Positions 52,686 to 58,870 of a stretch of 58,870 nt of DNA are shown in pieces (position 1 is the stretch's first letter; every line of letters starts with the position of its first letter). Under the pieces are notes generated by a model that searched no databases, had not been told where the DNA came from, and saw nothing but the letters and a program-made list of their open reading frames with translations. A program made the position numbers and the translations under genes. The stretch lies in contig CAZJQR010000001.1 in the NCBI GenBank assembly GCA_964548345.1, forward strand, positions 1-58,870, given 5' to 3'. The stretch is from an uncultured Candidatus Bathyarchaeia archaeon (GTDB taxonomy: Archaea; Thermoproteota; Bathyarchaeia; Bathyarchaeales; Bathycorpusculaceae).

Positions 52686-55118
52686 CTAAGGTGTCCATTT
52701 CCAGTCTTGAACGGGTTTTTTTAGGGGACACCCCTTTGCTATAGCAGCTTGCTCCGCGAGACGCTCAAGAATCATCTTCTGTTCTACGCTTGCAACATGC
52801 TTTTTCGTGGCGACAATGGCGTCGTTATTGACGGATATGCTGTCGATTCCAGCGCGAACGAGGAACTCGGCGAAGTCTGGCAGGTTTGACGGACCTTCCC
52901 CGCATATCGAGATGGTGCAACCGTTCTCATGAACCACCCTGATGAGGTGAGCGATTATCCTTTTCACCGCAGGGTCTCTTTCATCGAAGTAGCCCATTTG
53001 ACCCAACCGCTCAGAGTCTCGGTCAATCATGAGGACGCCCTGGGTCATGTCATTTGAGCCTATGGAAAAACCGTCAACCATCTTGGAAAACTCGTCCGCC
53101 ATTATAGCTATGGAAGGAGTTTCCGCCATGAACCAAACCTTAAAGTCACGAGACCGTTCCAAGCCCTCCTCCTTCATGATGGCGAGAACTTTCTCAGCTT
53201 CCCAAAGGGTCCGCACCATCGGAAGCATAACCCAGACGTTTTTGAGACCCCACTCCGTGCGGCACTTCTTGATTGCTTGGCATTCAAGCCTGAAAGCTTC
53301 CTTGTACCACTTGCTTATATAGCGACTACAGCCTCTCCAGCCCAGCATCGGGTTTTCTTCAACAATCTCGTACTTGTCGCCGCCTTTCAGGTCTCGGTAC
53401 TCATTGGTTTTGAAATCGCTCAAACGCACCACGACGGGGCGGGGTTGAATGGCTCTCGCCACCGTGGCTACGCCCTCTGCCAGTTTATCCACGAACTTTT
53501 GGCCTTCTCCAGTTTCAACAAAATGCAGCGGGTGTTCGCCTATAGCGCTAGCCAGAATGAATTCGGTGCGCATTAGTCCGATGCCTTCGAAAGGCAAATT
53601 CTTGTAATCCTCTATTTTTTCTGGAACACCGAGGTTCATGAGTATCTTTGTCGCCGTTACAGGCACAGAGTCTGCAGTTACCGCAACTGCTCCTGCGGCT
53701 CCGGGCATTGTTGCCTCTGCGGCTTCGCGCAAAATGCCTTCGTAGATTATCCCGTTTCTCGAGTCTACGGTGTACTCTTTACCCGTCTTCATGACTTGTG
53801 TAGCTGTTTCGGTTCCCACAACACAGGGAATGGCAAGTTCACGGCTTACGATGGCGGCGTGTGATGTGATTCCTCCCTTGTCGGTCACTATTGCGCTGGC
53901 TATTTTCATGAACGGGACAAAATCGGGGTTAGTCATATCTGTTACGAGAATGTCTCCTTTCTGCATCTTTTCGGATGCTTCGTCTGGTGAAAGAACAACT
54001 TTTGCTACACCCACGCCGTAACCTCGCTTACCCGCCGCGGATCCTTTCACAACAACCTTAAGTTTTTCTTCAGGCTTTTCTCCTTCAACTTGCGTGACCA
54101 TTTCCATGGGTTTGCCGCTCCAAACTGTTTCTGGACGAGATTGAACTATGAATACGTCCTTTGGAAAAGATAAGTCTTTGTCAATCGCCCATTCAATATC
54201 TTGGGCGCTTCCGTAATGCCGCTCAATCCGCTTCGCCAGTTCTGCGAGTTTCAAGATTTCCTCTTCGGTCACGCAGGGTTGCTTTTGCTTATCTTCAGGA
54301 ACATCTAGGTGAACCGTTGCGCCAGTTTTTGGGTCGCGTATGTACTGAACCGTTTTCCTTGCTATTCGCCTTTCTTTTATTTTTAGGGTTTTTTTGTCAA
54401 CAACAAAGTCATCAGGATTTACCGCGCCTGAAACCACGGTTTCGCCTAAGCCATAGTTGCCTTCAATCACAATTTCGTCCGTGTCGCCGGTTACAGGGTT
54501 CAATGTGAACATGACTCCTGCGGCTCTGGAGTTGACCATCTTTTGAACCCCAACGCTTATGAAGACTTTGTCATGCGCAAAGCCTTGTTCGTTACGATAA
54601 AAAATTGCGCGCGGAGTAAAAAGACTGGACCAGCACTCTACAACTTTCTCAATAAGCTCATCCGCACCTTTAATGTTCAAATAAGTTTCTTGCTGGCCTG
54701 CGAAAGACGCACCAGGCAGATCCTCAGCCGTAGCGCTTGACCTCACAGCAACAAAAACATCCTTCAAATTGAGACGTTTATTTAGTTCTTTGTATGCGGA
54801 TTTCACCGCTTTCTCAATTTCCTCCGGCACAGCGGATTTCTCGATAAGTTTGCGTATTTTCTTTGAAGCTGCGTCATACTGTTTTGGATTGTTTTTGTCG
54901 GTGACGGTTTCGTTGATTATCTCGTATATTTTTTCGGCTATGTGCGTGTCTTTTATGAATTTTTCGTAGCTGTAGGCTGTTACGGCAAATCCGGGAGGAA
55001 CGGGTAATTCAGCGCTTATCATTTCTCCGAGATTCGCGTTCTTGCCGCCTACCAAAGGAATATCTGTTTTTCTTAAATCGTTAAACCATATAACCAGTTC
55101 TTCTTTTCGCGCGTTCAT
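52686..55118 (-). CDS. ppsA: Phosphoenolpyruvate synthase
   Basis: 810 aa with an ATP-grasp N-terminus (VGGKNANLGEM), the phosphohistidine swivel (GGITSHAAIVSRELAIPCVVG) and a PEP-utilising C-terminus (GIGLMRTEF, FSIGSNDMTQ). Confidence 0.95.
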   Translation of the reverse strand: MNARKEELVIWFNDLRKTDIPLVGGKNANLGEMISAELPVPPGFAVTAYSYEKFIKDTHIAEKIYEIINETVTDKNNPKQYDAASKKIRKLIEKSAVPEEIEKAVKSAYKELNKRLNLKDVFVAVRSSATAEDLPGASFAGQQETYLNIKGADELIEKVVECWSSLFTPRAIFYRNEQGFAHDKVFISVGVQKMVNSRAAGVMFTLNPVTGDTDEIVIEGNYGLGETVVSGAVNPDDFVVDKKTLKIKERRIARKTVQYIRDPKTGATVHLDVPEDKQKQPCVTEEEILKLAELAKRIERHYGSAQDIEWAIDKDLSFPKDVFIVQSRPETVWSGKPMEMVTQVEGEKPEEKLKVVVKGSAAGKRGYGVGVAKVVLSPDEASEKMQKGDILVTDMTNPDFVPFMKIASAIVTDKGGITSHAAIVSRELAIPCVVGTETATQVMKTGKEYTVDSRNGIIYEGILREAAEATMPGAAGAVAVTADSVPVTATKILMNLGVPEKIEDYKNLPFEGIGLMRTEFILASAIGEHPLHFVETGEGQKFVDKLAEGVATVARAIQPRPVVVRLSDFKTNEYRDLKGGDKYEIVEENPMLGWRGCSRYISKWYKEAFRLECQAIKKCRTEWGLKNVWVMLPMVRTLWEAEKVLAIMKEEGLERSRDFKVWFMAETPSIAIMADEFSKMVDGFSIGSNDMTQGVLMIDRDSERLGQMGYFDERDPAVKRIIAHLIRVVHENGCTISICGEGPSNLPDFAEFLVRAGIDSISVNNDAIVATKKHVASVEQKMILERLAEQAAIAKGCPLKKPVQDWKWTP

Positions 55119-55654
55119 GTTGTCTCCGTCTCCGCTTTATCGGCTAAATCTGGAGATTTTATTTTTTCAACTGTTATTTTGCAGGGGATAGGGAGTTTTG
55201 CGCTTCCTCTTTTCAGGGATTCTTTAGCCGTCTCTACGGCGTTGGCTTTCACTTTGACCGTTATGAGTGTTTGGTCGGGTTCTACGCGGGCTGCCGTGCC
55301 AATGGCTTTTCCAAAGGACCTGCGCATACCCTGTTGAAGCCGGTCAGCGTGAGCCCCGAAAATCATCTTGTTCTCTCTTAGAATAATATGCGGGTATGGA
55401 CGAATCTGCAGGAGATAATCGTTGACGAGCTTATCTATGAGTACGCGGTTCGTCGCTACCCGTGCTGCTTCCAAGGCGACATGGCGAATTTGAGCTCTTT
55501 TTAACGCTATGAGTTTCGCTTCGACTTCAAAGGTTCCCTTCGTGTCCCCCATGGTGAACTTGACTATTTTTGGGGGTGGAAAACCTCTAGCGAACTTTTT
55601 TCTCGTGTAAGCCTGTCCTTTTACAGGTCGATAATTTCTTGCGTGCATGGGCAT
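55115..55654 (-). CDS. rpl10e: Large-subunit ribosomal protein uL16 (L10e)
   Basis: 179 aa: ARNYRPVKGQAYTRKKFARGFPPPKI...RMRRSFGK. Confidence 0.95.
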   Translation of the reverse strand: MPMHARNYRPVKGQAYTRKKFARGFPPPKIVKFTMGDTKGTFEVEAKLIALKRAQIRHVALEAARVATNRVLIDKLVNDYLLQIRPYPHIILRENKMIFGAHADRLQQGMRRSFGKAIGTAARVEPDQTLITVKVKANAVETAKESLKRGSAKLPIPCKITVEKIKSPDLADKAETETT

Positions 55655-55811
55655 CCCTTTTTTAGCATACAGCCTAAGCGATATTTAAACGATTTGTAAC
55701 TAAATCATTTCGAATTGTGAACGATTTTCAAAGTTTTCGGTTAAGCGAGGCGTGTTCTTTTGAAGCAAGAGCGCTTATCAGCTTATATATGTAGTAACGG
55801 CTTTAACACAC

Positions 55812-57119
55812 GTGAGAATGCCAACCCAAGTCTTTATTCCAGGGAAGAATTGGAGATTGTCGCTAGCGGAGCTTGTCTCGTTACTGGAGGCAAGAAAAGC
55901 CAAGTTTAACGTGTACTCGTTTTCAAAAGAGTTCTTGGTGGTCAGAAACGAGGAGGATAGGGGCTTCTGGGCTATTGCGGATTTGGGTGGCTTCATAAAA
56001 ATCGGGGACGTAGCTGCGAAGTTTTCAACGGAGAGCGTGAAACAAGCGTTCCTTCAGAAAAGCAGAGAGGCGAAAGATCAGATAAGCAGGGATGTTGCTT
56101 CCAGCGGTCTAATCGACGGCATGGTTAAAGCAGCTTCTGGAAAAACTGTTTTTGGCGTGAGCGTTTACTGCGCAGAAAGCTCTTTGCGTTCAGTTTCCAA
56201 GAGCGTCCAACGGTTTGTGGGAAGCGCTGTGAAACGTGAACTGGCGGGGCATGGCAAGAAATCGAAGTTTATGGGGTTCGCCAAAGACCGAAAGCACCCT
56301 CAGTTGAGCCATGTTGAGGTTCTGAAGAAAAACTTGGTTGAAAACAAGGCGGAGGTACTGTTCTGTGTTGGCAAAGAGCAGACGTTTGTTGCCGCGACTA
56401 CGGCGGTGCATAACCCGTTTGAGTTTCAGAAGCGTGACGTGGGTAAACCTGTCCAGCGCAGGATTTTCGGCATTCCGCCAAGGCTTGCACGGATTATGGT
56501 AAACTTGGCTGCTTGCACAGAGGAAAAAGTTTTGTTGGACCCGTTTTGTGGAGTTGGCACGATTCTTCAAGAGGCGCTGTTATCTAAGGCGAAAGCGATT
56601 GGCGTTGACATTAACAGGTGGTGTGTTGAGGCAGCAGAGCGGAACCTAGAGTGGTTGAAGTCCGAGTATTCGCTGGAAAACGCGGAGTATCGTGTTCTTC
56701 AGGGAGATGTGCGCAGACTATCCCAGAAGATAGGGTGGGAACAGGCTGACTGCATCGCAACAGAACCTGATTTGGGTCCTGCACTGCGTCAAGTTCCTAC
56801 CACATCATACGCCCTAAGAATTACTGAAAAATTAGAGCCACTGTATTATGGTTTGTTAGAAGAGGCGTACAAGGTGCTGAAGAAGGAGGGACGTTTGGTG
56901 TTGGTGGCGCCGTACATTAAGACCCGTTCAGGGAAGCCGGTTAATATGGGAATTGAGGAAAAAGCGCTGGAGACAGGCTTTGAAAAAGTTGATCCTTTCA
57001 AGAGAGAGCGTTTCGCAGAAGCTTCCATGGTGCCAGAGAAGCTGATGACTATGGCTTCGTTCGTTGACGTTGAAGAGAGACACAAAATCGGCAGGGAAAT
57101 TCACGTTTTTCAAAAGTGA
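55812..57119 (+). CDS. Trm11/TrmG10-like (UPF0020-type) SAM-dependent methyltransferase with an extended N-terminal domain
   Basis: GIPPRLARIMVNLA, motif I LLDPFCGVGTILQEA, and GVDIN. Motif IV is variant (CIATEPDLGP instead of D/NPPY). The N-terminal LSLAELVSLLE segment is as in Trm11. Confidence 0.6.
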   Translation: MRMPTQVFIPGKNWRLSLAELVSLLEARKAKFNVYSFSKEFLVVRNEEDRGFWAIADLGGFIKIGDVAAKFSTESVKQAFLQKSREAKDQISRDVASSGLIDGMVKAASGKTVFGVSVYCAESSLRSVSKSVQRFVGSAVKRELAGHGKKSKFMGFAKDRKHPQLSHVEVLKKNLVENKAEVLFCVGKEQTFVAATTAVHNPFEFQKRDVGKPVQRRIFGIPPRLARIMVNLAACTEEKVLLDPFCGVGTILQEALLSKAKAIGVDINRWCVEAAERNLEWLKSEYSLENAEYRVLQGDVRRLSQKIGWEQADCIATEPDLGPALRQVPTTSYALRITEKLEPLYYGLLEEAYKVLKKEGRLVLVAPYIKTRSGKPVNMGIEEKALETGFEKVDPFKRERFAEASMVPEKLMTMASFVDVEERHKIGREIHVFQK

Positions 57120-57172
57120 AATGAAAGGAAAAGCTACAAGAAACAGAGGTTGTTTAGATTTATTAGTTTGTT

Positions 57173-57697
57173 TTGCAAACTATGTTTAAGCCGTGCAGGA
57201 AGGGAGAAGCATTGACTGACGAAACAAGACCTGATTGGGACAGGTACTTCTTGGACCTCTGTGAAGCGGTGGCTAGACGTGCTACGTGTGACCGGGGAAA
57301 GTGCGGTTGTGTCATCGTTAAAGACAAGCGTATTATGACTACAGGTTACGTTGGAGCGCCTGCGGGTTTACCTCACTGCGATGAGGCAGGTCACGACATG
57401 CGTAAAGTAATTGATTATAACGGTAATATTAGTCAGCATTGTGTGCGTACGCTGCATGCGGAGCAGAACGCGATTATTCAAGCGGCTAGGTTTGGCATTC
57501 CTTTGGAGGGGGCAACGCTTTTCTGCAAGATGACACCGTGCAGAACCTGCGCGATGATGATAATAAACGCGGGGATTAAGCGTGTGGTTTGTGAGAAGCG
57601 GTATCATGCGGATGCGGACACCATAGAACTGTTTAAGCAGGCTGGCGTGGAGCTGACTATAATGAATGATGAAGTCGAAGAGTACGAGCAACAGTGA
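57173..57697 (+). CDS. dCMP (deoxycytidylate) deaminase
   Basis: WDRYFLDL, zinc ligands HAEQNAI and PCRTCAMMIINAGIKRV. Confidence 0.85.
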   Translation: MQTMFKPCRKGEALTDETRPDWDRYFLDLCEAVARRATCDRGKCGCVIVKDKRIMTTGYVGAPAGLPHCDEAGHDMRKVIDYNGNISQHCVRTLHAEQNAIIQAARFGIPLEGATLFCKMTPCRTCAMMIINAGIKRVVCEKRYHADADTIELFKQAGVELTIMNDEVEEYEQQ

Positions 57698-57719
57698 AAA
57701 GCAATTTGGTAACTTTTAG

Positions 57720-58424
57720 TTACGGCTTATTACCAGCTGTGCGCTTTGACGGATTTGTGAAATTTTTAGCGCGCGCGCTACCTGAAAATTCTTGCATACT
57801 TCGTATATTGGCTTCAGCGTTAGATCGGAATAATGTCCACGGATTAGGTTTCCTCTTTCGAAGACCTTTTTTAGGCAACACTGGCACATAAATCTTTGAA
57901 TCAGCTCTAGAAGCATCCTTTATTATTGATGCAAAAGTCACCTTGAAGAAATCTCGTATAGCATCATTATCAATTGTCTGAATACATTCATTAATTTTAG
58001 CTAATTCAATAATTGTCCTTTTCGTGAACCAAAAGCCCAAGTTTTCAAATGAAGGCAAAGCACAGTCTTTATCTTTTTCCACCTTACAGCTTTCTTTCAA
58101 AAAATTATACGTTTTTTCCAGTTCAGCTATTGATAGCGTAGTGGTTTTCACTTTGGCAACAAGAGCTGTAACTGGGTTAATCTCTATACCGACAGAGTTC
58201 CAACCATTATGAAGAGCCTCAACCATCACAGTACCTGTTCCACAAAAAGGGTCTAAAACTTTTGAATCAGAACTTTTTCTTCTTATTTGACTTAGAAAAT
58301 AATATGGGATATGGGGAATAAGTTTAGCTGGATAAGGATACAATCCATGAGTCGAATATCTAGTTCCACCGACTTCAGGACACATTTCCCTGAAGCTTAC
58401 TAGATTCTTATTTTCTAACATCAA
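57720..58424 (-). CDS. DNA (N6-adenine/N4-cytosine) methyltransferase, apparently 3'-truncated (no motif IV)
   Basis: HGLYPYPAKLIP...VLDPFCGTGTVMVEALHNGWNSVGIEINP covers motifs X/I/II. No (D/N/S)PPY motif follows before the stop. The gene is visibly more AT-rich than the rest of the window. Confidence 0.6.
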   Translation of the reverse strand: MMLENKNLVSFREMCPEVGGTRYSTHGLYPYPAKLIPHIPYYFLSQIRRKSSDSKVLDPFCGTGTVMVEALHNGWNSVGIEINPVTALVAKVKTTTLSIAELEKTYNFLKESCKVEKDKDCALPSFENLGFWFTKRTIIELAKINECIQTIDNDAIRDFFKVTFASIIKDASRADSKIYVPVLPKKGLRKRKPNPWTLFRSNAEANIRSMQEFSGSARAKNFTNPSKRTAGNKP

Positions 58425-58870
58425 TTATTATTCATCATGTTTCTTTTTAAATTTTTCAAGAGCGTTGAGAGTAATAAGCCAAAAAAGGGGAGGGGCTGTG
58501 AGGGATACATCGCTTTGATGTCGTCTTTTTCTAGCTTCAGTTTAGCTGTCTTCACTTTCTGCCCTTCTTGATTTGATTCCCAGTCACCACGTTTCAAGTT
58601 CAGCTTCAGGCCGTTTCTGCCAAAAAAGGAAGCTACGGGGATAAGCTGTGATTTGATTGCGATTGGGCTTAAGGTGCCACGGTTTTCAAGGTGTGCTTTG
58701 TAGGCTCTGAACTTCTGTTCAAAATACATTCGGTCAGCCATGCTGTCACTGCTTGTGTCTTTTAGTCGCTTTTCAATCATCTGTGTGGGGGTCATACCAA
58801 TGAAAGCATACCAATCTGCGAAGCCTTCAAGGTAGTTCAGCCGTGTTCGTTCACTTAGCCCCACTAACCA
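58421..58870 (-). CDS. Tyrosine-recombinase (integrase) N-terminal SAM-like/core-binding fragment; the 5' end may lie beyond the window
   Basis: LNYLEGFADWYAFIGMTPTQMIEKRL...FRAYKAHLENRGTLSPIAIKSQLIPVASFF resembles the phage-integrase N-terminal domain. The ORF stops about where the catalytic domain should begin. The frame is open to the window edge. Confidence 0.45.
   Translation of the reverse strand, partial: WLVGLSERTRLNYLEGFADWYAFIGMTPTQMIEKRLKDTSSDSMADRMYFEQKFRAYKAHLENRGTLSPIAIKSQLIPVASFFGRNGLKLNLKRGDWESNQEGQKVKTAKLKLEKDDIKAMYPSQPLPFFGLLLSTLLKNLKRNMMNNN

Larger units (their letters stand above)
57720..58870. mobile_element. Probable edge of an integrated or foreign element remnant (truncated methyltransferase + integrase fragment)
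   Basis: There is an abrupt compositional change right after the dCMP deaminase gene. Both genes are incomplete. The other boundary lies outside the window. Confidence 0.4.

Overview
This is a 58.9-kb chromosomal segment from an archaeon, densely packed with about 58 protein genes and no rRNA, tRNA or CRISPR array that I can support. The content is mostly housekeeping.

- **Carbon metabolism:** the window opens with a CODH/ACS module: a partial cdhA recovered by hand, two CooC-type maturation ATPases and a MetF-like gene.
- **Replication and information processing:** the replisome set is unusually complete. It holds gins23-mcm, rfcS-rfcL, priS-gins51 and priL-pcna. Other information-processing genes are argS, tfs, rpoL, a hand-found rpoP, rpl10e, csl4, dph2, taw1, trm5, trm112 and several methyltransferases.
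- **Nitrogen metabolism:** gdhA and an FMN glutamate-synthase-family gene sit side by side.
- **Envelope:** a UDP-sugar operon (glmU-like, glmM, a nucleotide-sugar dehydrogenase, a Gfo/Idh/MocA oxidoreductase) lies with wecB, a Dol-P-sugar GT2, a polytopic membrane protein, an archaeosortase and two large surface proteins.
- **Lineage:** the gene content suggests a Wood-Ljungdahl-capable TACK or Bathyarchaeia-like archaeon. This is inference only.

Observations worth a second look:
1. An unannotated dispersed intergenic repeat family built from paired 'A/T-stretch + G5 + CTATAG' boxes occurs at 4-5 loci.
2. Two adjacent sugar-activation genes can only begin at CTG codons.
3. The trm5 gene is split by a +1 frameshift.
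4. Translin, EndoV and a tRNA-binding-domain gene form a tight three-gene cluster.
5. Two convergent deoxyhypusine-synthase paralogues share overlapping stop codons.
6. At the right edge, an AT-rich truncated DNA methyltransferase and an integrase N-terminal fragment look like a foreign island remnant.

No classical defence system or complete mobile element is visible.
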